DNA of 64,000 bases, from assembly GCF_006345805.1 (NCBI RefSeq), contig NC_043010.1, positions 24,242,001 to 24,306,000 on the forward strand. The letters are read 5' to 3'. The notes beneath the pieces were generated by a model. It saw nothing but the letters and a program-made list of their open reading frames with translations. It ran no database searches and was not told where the DNA came from. This document shows positions 12,240 to 24,909 of the stretch, piece by piece. Source of the DNA: Octopus sinensis (Eukaryota). The position numbers and the translations under genes are program-made. Every line of letters starts with the position of its first letter. Within the stretch, counting starts at the first letter, position 1.

Positions 12240-13149
12240 TAGGTTCCCCAGTGTAAGATTCGACAAATGCTCCAAATCTGTAATGGTGATGTTATTTGTT
12301 CTATATTTATATACGATCAAGCTGACCATTGTTGAAAAGCGCTCCGGCCATGACATTTTCGCATAATTCTTGTTCAGATACAATGTTCTTAGGATTACGT
12401 AACCAGATGAGTGGAAAGCACTAGTTGACTACAAAGTAAATTATACCTATTTAAATTCATTTCAGTTCATTCCTCGTTGCCCAGATCCTAACTATATTAA
12501 AGAAACTGTCGCATGTAATAGGAAGAGAAATTCTTTGCAATGCCGAGCAGATATTTGGCCGTATATGTTTAAAGAGAAATACCATTATGCCATTTCCCGA
12601 AAATCAGAGAAAATATAAATATGTTGTAAGACTATTTATGATATGCTGAACAGGAGAAAGTCTGCAGAGAAGAAGCCCTGATCATGCGTGTCCTTCAGCC
12701 CTTGACTTTTTAGACTCTAGGGGTGGGGGCTGGACCGCTTCAAGCCATGACTTCTGTCTGTTGCTACATTCTGTACTACTGCCTACTACCTACTGTCTAC
12801 CTTGCACATCTCCCGTGTGATTTAAATTCCCCTGAGTTAAGGTGCCAAGGGTGACTTAACCAAACGATTTGGAAGCACCATTAGGGTAAATTATGGCTAC
12901 TGAAATTCATTTCATTCCTCATTGCCCAGGTCCAGCTGCTTCTTCTATTTCCTTAAGAGTTCTAGGACGCTTTCCCCCAGAAAATGAGAACCTGTTTCAT
13001 GTGATTGAAGGAAGATTTGCCCAGAAAACCGCTCGTTCTCATCTTTATGACGAAAATTTCTTTTAGAAACGACTCCCTCTCAAACTGGCGGTTAGACTAA
13101 AACACCTCATACAATTGTTCGGTTTTATTAACTAGAAGAACAAAACCTG

Positions 13150-13345
13150 AAATTCTGTGGGAGGCGACTCGCCGATTATATCGGTCCCAGTACCCAACTC
13201 GCACTTTCATTTACAAACCCCGAAAGGATAAAAAGCAAAGTCAATTTTGGCGAAATTTGAACACAAAACGTAAATCGCCTGGAGGAATGCCGCTAATCAT
13301 TTAATCCGACGCGATAACGATTGTGGCAGCTCGCCGCCTTTCGGT
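13150..13345 (-). mobile_element. Degenerate tRNA-derived SINE
   Basis: Reverse-complement homolog of 5883-6068 (cccgaaaggataaaaagcaaagtc...gaaatttgaacac). Confidence 0.7.
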
Positions 13346-13829
13346 TTTTTACAAAGGGAAATTATTGATTAAACAGTTAACGAAAATTTCGTTTTTTCTT
13401 TGTCCTTCCGAACAGAAAACCATATATTTTTTAACGCATTTTACTAGACCTTAATTTAAGACTTGCCATTTTTTTGTAACAGATCACAACTACTTTTATA
13501 ATTTGATGATTATGTTTAAAACAGGGCAGTTCCTACTGATCAATGATAAATTGGAATAACCATTGTTGGAACCAAAAAAGAATCTCATAACTTTAATCAC
13601 ACCATTACTATTTGAAATAGTCACTGACCTCTATTAGTGGAAATAATGTTTAGCGATAATTCCTCTATTCAACTTGACAATGAGTTAAAAGGACCGAATT
13701 GAAGTTAGTAATTTCCATGTTAAACCGATAAATTGTTTGGTTAACGCCACCGTTCAAATACAGCGTTTAATTCAATCATGAATCATTCAACGTCGATTCT
13801 CTTTGGGAATGTCGACTTTTTCAGGCACA

Positions 13830-14060
13830 GATATGGCTATATGGTAAGAAGCTTCCTTCCCAACATTATGGTTCCGGGTTCAGTGCTGTTGTGTGGAATC
13901 CTGAGCATGTGTCTTCCACTCTTCTACTATAGTCTCGGGGCCCACCAAAGCATTGTGAGTGGATTTGGTAGACGGAAATTGAAAGACTATCACACACACA
14001 CACACACACACCACACACACACACACACACATACACACAAACACACACGCACGCATATAT

Positions 14061-14104
<44 letters not shown>

Positions 14105-14285
14105 ATATATATATGGTGTGTGCCTGTTTGTGTGTGTGTGTGTGTTTGTGTCTCTGTTCGACACCCCACCACAGCTTGACAACCGTCGTTGGTTTCAGTG
14201 ATGTGATCACTTCATTCAACCGAAAGTTCTTCGAGGCGTTGCCCCAGCATGGCTGCAGATTGAAACAAACAAAAGATAAAAGATG
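13830..14285 (+). mobile_element. Degenerate tRNA-derived SINE
   Basis: ggttccgggttcagt...gtgagtggatttggtagacggaaattgaaaga...cagcttgacaacc...ccagcatggctgcag. Confidence 0.75.
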
Positions 14286-14889
14286 AGAAACGTATCAAAA
14301 CAAGTCTAATGTTTTAGAATGACCTTAAACTCTTCAGAAACAGTTCTAATTCTAGTCAGGCCATTTCTAAACCACGATTACTGCTTATATCCTATTGGCC
14401 AGGGATCGTGTACGTTTAACTCTTATGTTTCCAAATTTCTGTTGAAGTACATTATTTTTTCTGCAATTTCTTCATAAAATAAAGAAGAATTTAGTAAAAT
14501 AACTTAAATATGTTCAACAATGATCTGAAGCGTTTGAAGGAATATTTAGGGGCGATCAGATTTTGCTAAATTCCCTAGTTTTTATGCCAGAGTTCCTCAA
14601 CCTTTTTTAATATCCTGGACATTTTTGCACCAAAAAAAGGGAAAATATAAGTCAATTAAAGAAAGATTTATTATATTTATGCGCGGAAGACCGTCGAGAA
14701 TCATGGGAAGGACGTTTGAGGGCCAGAGGTGAACCCGGGGGCAGCAGTTAACAACTGCTGTTTTATACTCTTCTTTGGTTAGTTGTAGAATATTCTCTTT
14801 CCTTATATACTGAATGAATGTGGTTACTATAGGACAAATATCAGGCACGTCTTTCTGGTTTGCCAGTACATACACACATGCTTACATGC

Positions 14890-15060
14890 ATGCATGCATA
14901 CATACATACCCTGTTGTTGATGTTGAAATTCCTGTGAAGGAGCCTTGAATCTAGGTTAGAAACCGGTTCTTTCTCCATTGGTAAGAAATCTTGAAATAAA
15001 ACTGAACAGTGACATACCTACATACATATATACATACATCATACATGCATGCATGCACGC

Positions 15061-15121
<61 letters not shown>

Positions 15122-16185
15122 TTATATTTGTTTCAGTCATTTGCCAAACCGCTAAGTTACCAGGACGTAAACACACCAGCCTCGGTTGTCAAATGATGTT
15201 GGGGACAAATACAGACACACACACACACAACCACACACACACATACTCACACACATACACACACACATATATATATACATATACGACAAGCTTCTTTCAG
15301 TTTCCGCCTACCAAATCCACTCACAAGGATTTGGTCGTCCCGAGGCTATAGTAGAAGACTCGTGACCGCGTAAGGCCTTTTCAGTGAGTCCATACACCTG
15401 TAGCGAGAGTCCAAGAACTTCCTCTGCTTGAATTTGTTTTGAGTACATAAAATGCTGTACAGCATTGTACCCATTGTTCAGTGCAATTATCTACAAAAGC
15501 GAGTAGCATAATAAGGATTGTGTTGATCAGAAACCAACTGGAGTTCAGGGTTCTTTTATACGAGTTTAACGTCTTGAAGGAAGATCTAACGAGAACTAGT
15601 GGTTCTTCACTCCCAGTGGTTCATACTAGCTAACCCATAACTGGTAGCCAAATAGGCGCTGCTACTCCGAGTCAGAATAGGACGAGTAACAATATACATG
15701 TACATATATAGGAACGTATGTATGAAATGTATGTATGTCATTTTTCAGTTTTATTTCAAGATTTCTTGCCATTTGAGAAAGAACCGGTTTCTAACCTAAA
15801 TTCAAGGCCCCTTCATTGGAATTTCAACATCAAAAACAGGGTATTTTTGTTTGTATATATGTATGCATGCATATATGTATGTATGTATGCATGTATGTAT
15901 GCATGTATGTATGCATGTATGTATGCTTGTATGTATGCATGTATGTATGTATGTATGTATGTTTGTATGTATGTATATGTGCAGATTTGTGTGTTTTGCT
16001 TTATGTATGTATCCTCATGCATATAGTTGCATATCTAAACATGCTCATATATATTTAAATGATAAACTTCTGGAAAGTTTTACAGATTTTTACAGTTCCA
16101 GTGATGGATTGGATCTGTGGTCTTCGAATTAACTTTCTTCTTTCTGGTTTTGAGAAGCCTAACTTCTCAAGATTGGTATTTAGGC
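14890..16185. repeat. Two oppositely oriented copies of an unclassified interspersed repeat (14890-15007 plus; 15743-15843 minus, probably continuing 16030-16185)
   Basis: gatgttgaaattcc...ggttagaaaccggttctttctc...aagaaatcttgaaataaaactga and its reverse complement. Confidence 0.6.
15118..15362 (-). mobile_element. SINE 3' portion
   Basis: gtttcagtcattt...accgctaagttac...aaatccactcacaagg...cccgaggctatagtagaagac. Confidence 0.8.
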
Positions 16186-16650
16186 AGAGTGACGTATGCA
16201 TGTATGCATGTATGTATGTATGTATGTATGTATGTATGTATGTATGTGTGTATGTATGTATGTATGTATGTATGTATGTATGTATGTAGTTGTATGCATT
16301 TATATATTGAATTATATGTTAATAATGTATATATCAGTTGTTACTATTTTTTAGCCCCAGGTCAGATTTTGTTAAGCAATGCTGTGATTAAAAGCACTAC
16401 ATCCATGATCATTACTTCTGTTAGAAGCAGTTATCTTTCTGTACACCATTCATCTTGTCTCCTTTTTAAAAACTGTAATCTTTTTGTATGAGAGAAATTT
16501 GATAAGAAACTGTGAAGAGTTTTTCATCGGCTCATAAGATATATCTGTCTGTCTGTCTGTATATATGTGTGTATATATGTGTGAATGTGTGTGTTTGTAT
16601 GCATACGTTTGTATGTGTGTGTATGCATATATGTAAGTATGTATGTATAA

Positions 16651-16684
<34 letters not shown>

Positions 16685-16722
16685 AAGTGAGCGAGGGAGA
16701 GAAAGAGAAGAATAGAGAGAGG

Positions 16723-16788
<66 letters not shown>

Positions 16789-16896
16789 AAGATCGATAGA
16801 TAGAAATGTGTAAGTATATTGAAGTATATAGATATATGCATGTGTGCGTGTGTGTTCGTGTATGTCTGTTGAGACTAAATCACTATGAAACTGCGA

Positions 16897-17217
16897 GTGA
16901 GGGCGCGTGGCTTAGTGGTTAGGGCATTCGGCTCATGATCGTAATGTTGTGAGTTCGATTCCCGGCGACGCGTTGTGTCCTTGAGCAAGACACTTTATTT
17001 CACGTTGCTCCAGTCCACTCAGCTGGCAAAAATGAGTTGTACTTGTATTTCAAAGGGTCAGCCTTGTCACTCTCTATGTCAGGCTGATTATCCCCGAGAA
17101 CTACGTTAAGGGTACACGTGTCTGTGGAATGCTCAGCCACTTGCATGTTAATTTCACGAGCAAGCTGTTCCGTTGATCGTATCAGCTGGGACCCTCGTCG
17201 TCGTAACCGGCGGAGTC
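16897..17217 (+). mobile_element. tRNA-derived CORE-type SINE
   Basis: ggcgcgtggcttagtggttagggcattcggc (A box), gagttcgattcc (B box), gtccttgagcaagacactt...ccagtccactcagctggcaaaaatgag (CORE-like). Confidence 0.85.
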
Positions 17218-17437
17218 TTTCATGAAACTGCGATGTATGCATGAATCTGTTAACTTTGAAAGAGAAAACTACGAAGAGGAAAGATATTTGTTCACTTTTA
17301 ACGGGGCAAAAGTAGCGCACACAGAAACAGGATATGAAGAGATGCTAAAAACAACGGGGGCAAGCTACAAAAAACTCGTCTTCATTCCACGTATCATATA
17401 GAAACGAGCAGTGAAGTGGTACAGTGCCTGAAGTTTC

Positions 17438-17494
<57 letters not shown>

Positions 17495-17660
17495 GTGCGT
17501 GTGTGTGTGTGTGTGTGTGTATGTATTTATATCTATGTATAGATAATAAGAGTGAAAAATTGAATATTAATTTGATCACTATCAATTTAAGACCAGTAGC
17601 CTAGCATAAAGAAAAATCCGAAGATTGAGGAATATTATATAATATGTATATAAGAGGGAT

Positions 17661-17877
17661 GACCACTAAGTGGACATCCATTATGCTAAATGTAGACCCT
17701 ATATGGTCTGACCACTAAGAAAAGATTGTTCTCAAGAAAATTCAGCAAATGCCAGATCCTAAGCGAGCAAGACAAATGAAAAGATACAAAATATAAAATA
17801 TAAAGAGAACAATCTTGTCTTAGTGGTCAGACCATATGGGGTCTACATCTAGCATAATGGATGTCCACTTAGTGCTC
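17661..17877. repeat. ~73-bp inverted repeat (foldback)
   Basis: 17661-17733 is the near-perfect reverse complement of 17805-17877; followed by a long (TA)n. Confidence 0.85.
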
Positions 17878-17932
17878 ATATATATGTATATATAATATAT
17901 ATATATATATGTATATATAATACATATATATG

Positions 17933-18000
<68 letters not shown>

Positions 18001-18088
18001 TATATAATATATATATATATTATATATATATAATATATATATATATTATAATATATATATATATATATTATATTATATATATATATAT

Positions 18089-18167
<79 letters not shown>

Positions 18168-18170
18168 TAT
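17878..18170. repeat. Long (TA)n microsatellite
   Basis: About 290 bp of imperfect TA repeats. Confidence 0.95.
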
Positions 18171-18174
18171 ATTC

Positions 18175-18452
18175 GGAGACCCCCTTCGGTCACGACACAG
18201 ACCATGGGATTGCACCTAGAAAGTTACTCTCCTAGACACAAGTCGGGCGAGGTTGTTTATGGAAGACTAGCTGTCGCCCATGCATACCAGCCTCCCCTCT
18301 CCACGCCACCAGTGTTATCCAAGGGAAAGACAAAGGTCGATACAGCTTGGCACCAGAGACGTCGCAACTCATTTCTACAGCTGAGTGAACTAGAGCAACG
18401 GTCCGGGATTTGAGCTCACAACCTCTCGATCGTAAGCTCGACGCTCTAAACA
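18175..18452 (-). mobile_element. SINE with distinct tail, internally deleted
   Basis: gaccatgggattgcacctagaaag...cctcccctctccacgccacc...cttggcaccag...; homolog at 24100-24430. Confidence 0.75.
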
Positions 18453-18604
18453 CTGTATATATGTATTATATTATATATATATATAATATATATATATATA
18501 TATACGTATGTATGTATATCTGTATATACATGTATGTGTGTATGTATGTATGTATGTATGTATGTATGTATGTATGTATGTATGTATGTACGCATGTATG
18601 TATA

Positions 18605-19000
18605 GGCGCAGGAATGGCTGTGTGGTAAGTAGTTTGTTTACCAACCATGGTTCCGGGTTCAGTCCCACTGCGTGGCAACTTGGGCAAGCGTCTTGTACTT
18701 TAGCATCGGGCCGACCAAAGCCTTGTGAGTGGATTTGGTAGACGGAAACTGAAAGAAGCCCATCGTATATATGTATATATATATATGCATGTGTGTGTAT
18801 ATATGTTTGTGTGTCTGTGTTTGTCCCCCCAACATGCTTGACAACCGGTTCGGCAAAAGAGAAAGATAGAATAAGTACTAGGCTTACAAAGAATAAGTCC
18901 TCGGGTCGATTTGCTCGACTAAAGGCGGTGCTCCAGTATGGCCGCAGTCAAATGACTGAAACAATGACTGAAACAAGTAAATGAGTAAAATAGTAAAAGA
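18605..19000 (+). mobile_element. tRNA-derived SINE
   Basis: ggcgcaggaatggctgtgtggtaagtag...ggttcagtcccactgcgtggc...gactaaaggcggtgctccagtatggccgcagtcaaatgactgaaac. Confidence 0.88.
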
Positions 19001-19698
19001 GTCTGTCTGTCTGTATGTATGTATGTATGTATGTATGTATGTATGTATAAATATGTATGTATATATACATATACATATATGTGACTGAAATCAGGGATGT
19101 CTTGTGGGCCTTATACGTTGATGAGAGAAATACATAAAGTCAAACACTATTGTGTTTGACTTTGATGATATCTTGCGAGCGGAAAAATGGTCTTCAAATT
19201 TTATATTCCTTCATAACTGATGACTTTACGGACTTACTGAACTGTTCCGGTTTCCATACCAACAAGTTTCTTCGTTAATACTTATTTAACAACGCACAAT
19301 TGACTATACTGGAAATGATCAACGATTCCTGATCAGAATTCCTGACACAAGACGTCAGTTAATCCCTCGTAATGCTGTCTGTCTAATCCAACAGCTTATA
19401 TTCACAACACCGACAAGTTGAAGTAATAAAAATCGCTGGCAGTAAATATGTGGCATTTATAATGACTAACCAGGCCGTCCTTTACATGTGGACAGAGCAC
19501 ATTATATAACCCTGACCTCGACTGCCTGCTCGTTTAACCGTCAGAGAGAAACACGCGCCCCCAAGAATTACGCATAAAAACGCGTGTGACATATTATTTA
19601 TTGCCCGTTGCGGACATAACTGACTTCATTAAGAAATCTGGCTGGTGGATCGGTATCGATTTTTCAAACTTTGAACGTAGGATGACGGTGGAGTAGAG

Positions 19699-19705
19699 AT
19701 GATGT

Positions 19706-19755
<50 letters not shown>

Positions 19756-19781
19756 GTAGTGGTGGTGGTGGTGGTGATCAG

Positions 19782-19814
<33 letters not shown>

Positions 19815-20408
19815 GATGATGATGATGGTGATTACGGTAAGGAGGAGGAAGAGGAGAGGGATTGTGAGGAGGTGGGGGGATAGTGAGGAAGAAAGGGAGG
19901 GGGAGGGGAGAGGGGAGAAAGATGGTGGTGCTGTTGGTAGTTATGACGATGATTATGATGGACGAAAGGAGGAAGAGGAGGATGACGGTGATTACGATGA
20001 TGACAAGGGTGATGCTGATGATTATTATAATGAGGAGGTGGAAACGGTGGCGATGGGGATGCTGGAGGTGGTGATGTACTGGTAGTGGTAACGATGATTA
20101 TCTAGAGGAGGAGAAGGAGTAAGAGAGGATGACAACGACGACGACGGCGATAATAACGATGAGGATGATGATGATGATGATTACGATGTTGAAGACGATA
20201 CTGCTGATGATGATGATGCAGCTTCTACTGCTGCTGCTGATGGCGATGAGGATGACGATGGCGAATGGTGATGATGTTGATGATGGCGATGATGATGATG
20301 ATGGTGATGGTGACGATGTTACGGTTGCTGCTCTTGCTGTTGCTCATGATGATGTCGAGAACGATGATGAGGAGGCGGACAGTGATGATGATCATGATCA
20401 TAATCGTG

Positions 20409-20492
<84 letters not shown>

Positions 20493-20520
20493 CAACAACA
20501 ACAACAATAATAGACAACTG
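19699..20520. repeat. Compound trinucleotide repeat tract (GAT/GGT/GAG/AAT/AAC)
   Basis: Direct inspection. Confidence 0.95.
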
Positions 20521-21239
20521 CAATAATATATCTGCAGAAACATATGCAATTTGTAAATGTGAAAAAGCATGATTGCATGATTCCGAAATTGAATAGAAAT
20601 TGCCCTCTGACAAATACCGGCAGCGAAATTATAGGAATAAACAATTACTATTATATTGTATTCTGTGAGATAACAGCAAAAGATGGCGAAGCAGAAGAGG
20701 AAGGAGCAGAAGAAACGAAATCGTTCATTTTTTTCTTTTTTTGATCTTTTTCTTTTTTTTTTTTTTTGCTGATCTTGTCCTTGCAAGTTGAACATTACAG
20801 CAACTCCATCCTTCCATACCAGAGAGGACATCTTTAACGATTGACCACATCTGTTGCTGAGATGTTATAATTTTCACTTTATTGCCCATGTAGAACAGCC
20901 TTACAATCTTCCAATCATATCTTCGTTCGCTTCTGGTCAACTTTGACGTTTTGCACCTTTCAACTAATTCCACATTGCCAACCAATTACATTCATTTTAC
21001 AATAACATCTCTCACCTCTCTTCTCTTCACTTCTCTCTCTCCCCCCTCATTCTCTATCTTTCTCTCACTCACTCACTTTCTCCCGCATGGAAAAGGATAG
21101 ATGTGTATATATGTATACACATTTATGCGTGTGTATACATATTTATGAATAAAAACCTATACATCATATGAGTATACATATATATATATATGTGTGTGTG
21201 TGTGTGTTTGTCTGTCTGTCTATATACATACATACAATT

Positions 21240-21292
<53 letters not shown>

Positions 21293-21297
<5 letters not shown>

Positions 21298-21810
21298 GTA
21301 GCAAAAATTCTAGAAAAAATTTCTGCTACCAGCGGTCCAGCGAGAAAGAAAAGATAGTCAAAGACTATATAATATACATTCAAAAATTAAGGAATGGCCA
21401 TAATAGGACATTCAACTCACTAGAAAGAGCAGCCAAACTCGAACCGCTAATAGAATTTTTTGCTACCCTTATATTTATTAATTAATGATTTTTTTGGCTA
21501 ATTTTGAAATTAAATCAGCAGTTTATATTTACTGCTGAGAAGACCGTGCGATTGCGGTAGATTTTGAAAATTTATAGCATATAGACTGGGGACTTCCTTA
21601 CCATCGCCTCGTGGATATATACTCGTCCTTGGCTACTCTGCTGACGAGGCACGCCAGTTGTAAGTTTGCCGAAACTATGCATAGTCCAGAGATGAAAAGG
21701 GTAAACGTTTTTCTTTTTCTTTCATTTTCAGAATTATAGCTATTAGCGGTTTGAGTTTGGCTGCTCTTTCTAGTGAGTCGAATGTCCTATTATGGCCAAT
21801 TCCTTATTTC

Positions 21811-21815
<5 letters not shown>
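21293..21815 (+). mobile_element. Retrozyme-like element: one direct unit (21451-21815) preceded by an inverted segment (21293-21453)
   Basis: Intact HHR inside; the inverted segment overlaps the end of the direct unit and runs back into its start; (TA)n on both sides. Confidence 0.8.
21636..21691 (+). ncRNA. Type I hammerhead ribozyme, intact
   Basis: CTCTG-CTGACGA-GGCA(15-nt loop)TGCC-GAAA-CTATGCATAG-TC|CAGAG; predicted cleavage after 21686. Confidence 0.9.
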
Positions 21816-21853
<38 letters not shown>

Positions 21854-21953
21854 TAAGGGGCTCTCCTAAATTAAGATGCCGAGTGCTGGGAACACAAAAA
21901 GGGGATGAATTTATCGAGAGTGAAAATGAAAAACGTTTACCGATAACTTTAAC

Positions 21954-22034
21954 AACTCGAACCGCACGGTTTCTACTTCTTTCTAGCAAAACACAGAATA
22001 TGTTTTCTAAGGCTAGCTTCGTCGTCAGCGAGTC
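21954..22034 (-). ncRNA. Hammerhead ribozyme with 3-nt core duplication
   Basis: gactcg-CTGACGA-CGA-agct...agta-GAAA-ccgtgcgg-TT|cgagtt. Confidence 0.6.
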
Positions 22035-22413
22035 GCCTAGATTGAATCGAGGTCTGCAGCGATGTGGGACCATGTGTTGATCTCGACTACTAGCAGATCT
22101 TAACTTTTCAAATCTCTGCGCAGACGCAAAACTTACACGGCAGTATAGGGCATGCCGGGAAGAATTTTACGAATAAATCCATCATGTAATATGCGAATAT
22201 AAACAAGAAGGGTAGTAATATTATTTACCACCAGGTGCCCAGCACAAAAGACGAATTAGTCATAAGACAAAAATATTATTCATATAGAAAAATATTATTC
22301 ATGTAGTTATACAATTAAGGGCTCCTAAATTAAGATGCCGAGTGCTGGGAACACAAAAAGGGGATGAATTTATCGCGAGAGTGAAAATCAAAAACGTTTA
22401 CCGATAACTTTAA

Positions 22414-22490
22414 CACTCGAACCGCACGGTTCTGCTTCTTTCTAGCAAAACCAGAAATATGTTTGCTAAGGCTAGCTTCGTCAGCGAGTC
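22414..22490 (-). ncRNA. Hammerhead ribozyme with GAAA read as GAA
   Basis: Same as 22865-22942 except a 1-nt homopolymer deletion (possible sequencing error). Confidence 0.55.
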
Positions 22491-22864
22491 GCCTAGATTG
22501 AATCGAGGTCTGCAGCGATGTGGGACCATGTGTTGATCTCGACTACTAGCAGATCTTAACTTTTCAAATCTCTGCGCAGACGCAAAACTTACACGGCAGT
22601 ATAGGGCATGCCGGGAAGAATTTTACGAATAAATCCATCATGTAATATGCGAATATAAACAAAAGGGTAGTAATATTATTACCACCAGGCCCAGCACAAA
22701 AGACGAATTAGTCATAAGACAAAAATATTATTCATATAGAAAAATATTATTCATGTAGTTATACAATTAAGGGCTCCTAAATTAAGATGCAGAGTGCTGG
22801 GATCACAAAAAGGGGATGAATTTATCGAGAGTGAAAATCAAAAACGTTTACCGATAACTTTAAC

Positions 22865-22942
22865 AACTCGAACCGCACGGTTTCTGCTTCTTTCTAGCAA
22901 AACACAGAATATGTTTGCTAAGGCTAGCTTCGTCAGCGAGTC
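22865..22942 (-). ncRNA. Type I hammerhead ribozyme, long stem II, A.A closing pair
   Basis: GACTCG-CTGACGA-A gct agcct tagcaaac...gttttgctag aaaga agc A-GAAA-CCGTGCGG-TT|CGAGTT. Confidence 0.78.
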
Positions 22943-23194
22943 GCCTAGATTGAATCGAGGTCTGCAGCGACGTGGGAACATGTGTTGATCTCGACTACTA
23001 GCAGATCTTAACTTTTCAAATCTCTGCGCAGACGCAAAACTTACACGGCAGTATAGGGCATGCAGGAAGAATTTTACGAATAATCATCATGTAATATGCG
23101 AATATAACAAGAAGGGTAGTAATATTATTTACCACCATTGCCCAGCACAAAAGACGAATTAGTCATAAGACTGCGACCTCGATTCAATCTAGGC

Positions 23195-23275
23195 GACTCC
23201 CTGACGAAGCTAGCCTTAGCAAACATATTCTGTGTTTTTTGCTAGAAAGAAGCAGAAACCCGTGCGGTTCGAGTT
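23195..23275 (+). ncRNA. Hammerhead ribozyme in inverted copy
   Basis: gactcc-CTGACGA-agct...agca-GAAA-cccgtgcgg-TT|cgagtt; C.C mismatch at the first stem I pair. Confidence 0.6.
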
Positions 23276-23479
23276 GTTAAAGTTATCGGTAACGTTTTTG
23301 ATTTTCACTCTCGATAAATTCATCCCCTTTTTGTGTTCCCAGCACTCGGCATTTTATTTAGGAGCCCTTAATTGTATAACTACATGAATAATATTTTTGT
23401 CTTATGACTAATTCGTCTTTTGTGCTGGGCACCTGGTGGTAAATAATATTACTACCCTTCTTGTTTAATATATTATATA

Positions 23480-23526
<47 letters not shown>

Positions 23527-23906
23527 ATATATTATATATATATATATATATTTATACATACATATATTCACATATATTCACATATACCTAGACAGAATAA
23601 CATACATACATACATAGTCAGACATGCAGGCAGATAGATAGATAGTATAGATAGATAGATAGATAGATATATAGATAGATAGATAGATAGATAGATAGGC
23701 AGAAAAATACATAGATACATACATACATACCTGTATACAAATATATGGGTGTATGTGTGTGTGTATACAGATATGTTTCTCATCGCCACACACCTCTTCC
23801 TTTCAGTCAAGCTCTCTCTCTTTTTCTCTCTCACTCGCATGGTCTCTATCTATATGAAGTGTGATTGCGGTACGTATTAGCTACATATTTATGCATTGTC
23901 TTGGCG

Positions 23907-23973
23907 ATCCCACTGACGAAGTACGAATGACAAATTGATTCAGTTCTTCGTTACAGAAACTGGAGTTTGGGGT
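23907..23973 (+). ncRNA. Solo type I hammerhead ribozyme, A.A closing pair
   Basis: ATCCCA-CTGACGA-A gtacgaa...ttcgttac A-GAAA-CTGGAG-TT|TGGGGT. Confidence 0.72.
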
Positions 23974-24099
23974 TAAGTATAATTTTTTTTTTCGTTTTCT
24001 TTGGAATTATTTCTTTTCGTGGTTTCCATTTGATTGCTATTTCTAGCATGTAAGGCGTCCTGTCAAGGGTCACCTCTCTGTGTATAAATATTTATGAGG

Positions 24100-24430
24100 G
24101 TGATCCTCTTCAGTCATGACTGACCATGGGATTGCACCTAGAAAGTTCCCTTCCCAGGCACAAGTTCGGGCAAGGTTGTTTATGGAAAGCCAGCAGTCAC
24201 CCATACATACCAACCTCCCTCTCCACACCACTGATGTTATCCAAGGAAAAGGCAAATGTGCCGATATAGCTTGGCACCAGTGACGTCGCAACTCATTTCG
24301 ACAGATGAGTGAACTGAAAGAGTTGAGTATCTTGTTCAAGAACACAACACTCAGCCCGGTCCGAGAATTGAACTCACAACCTCACGATCATTATTTCGAC
24401 GCTCTAACCACTGAGCCACGTGCCTTCACA
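24100..24430 (-). mobile_element. SINE, same family as 18175-18452
   Basis: Shared tail plus tRNA head (cccggtccgagaattgaactcac...ctctaaccactgagccacgtgcc). Confidence 0.8.
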
Positions 24431-24909
24431 TTTTATAAATACTTATACCTTCTTATATATGTTAGTTTTTATGAATTTGTGTTGTAAGATTCCTTATGTG
24501 AAGTCGTGTGTTGGAACAGATATTGTATTTCGGAATAGTCTCTCTTTTTTGACAAATAAGCAGACGCATTCTAACTCATGTCATAGGCAGAGCAAGAGCA
24601 CACACGAACACGGAAAGTGTCACTGAAGAGGTCACAGATGTGCGATGAAAGACTTCCGGACAATGGACATAGAAAAAGAACAGTAATAAACGAGTGACGG
24701 ACGAAAAATGTGCGCGTGTTTATTTGGCCAAAAACAATATTACCGAAATACGACAATATATATATGTGTGTCTGTGTGTGTGTTTGTAACATATATGCAT
24801 ACATAAGGGTATGCGGTTGAGAAAGTGAGACATGGAGAAGCAGAAACTGGATACATATATATATACATAACACAATGGAGTTGTAAGCTACCGCACGAGT
24901 GGAATTATA

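Larger units (their letters stand above)
21850..23470 (-). mobile_element. ~455-460-bp tandem array (~2.9 units) plus inverted copy (23172-23470); HHR-bearing retrozyme-like
   Basis: Units start at 21850, 22312 and 22764; each has a minus-strand HHR; (TA)n on both ends. Confidence 0.85.

Noticed and set aside
14597-14875. 92-aa minus-strand ORF
   Set aside because: No homology recognised and no credible splice sites.
16897-16975. tRNA gene calls for SINE heads
   Set aside because: A and B boxes are present but there is no complete cloverleaf, and each continues into multicopy SINE body.
19699-20831. Poly-Met/Asp/Asn/Leu ORFs
   Set aside because: Trinucleotide repeat artefacts with no splice or domain support.
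24615-24670. CTGAAGA...GAAA in an interspersed repeat
   Set aside because: No U at position 16.1 and poor stem III; at best decayed.
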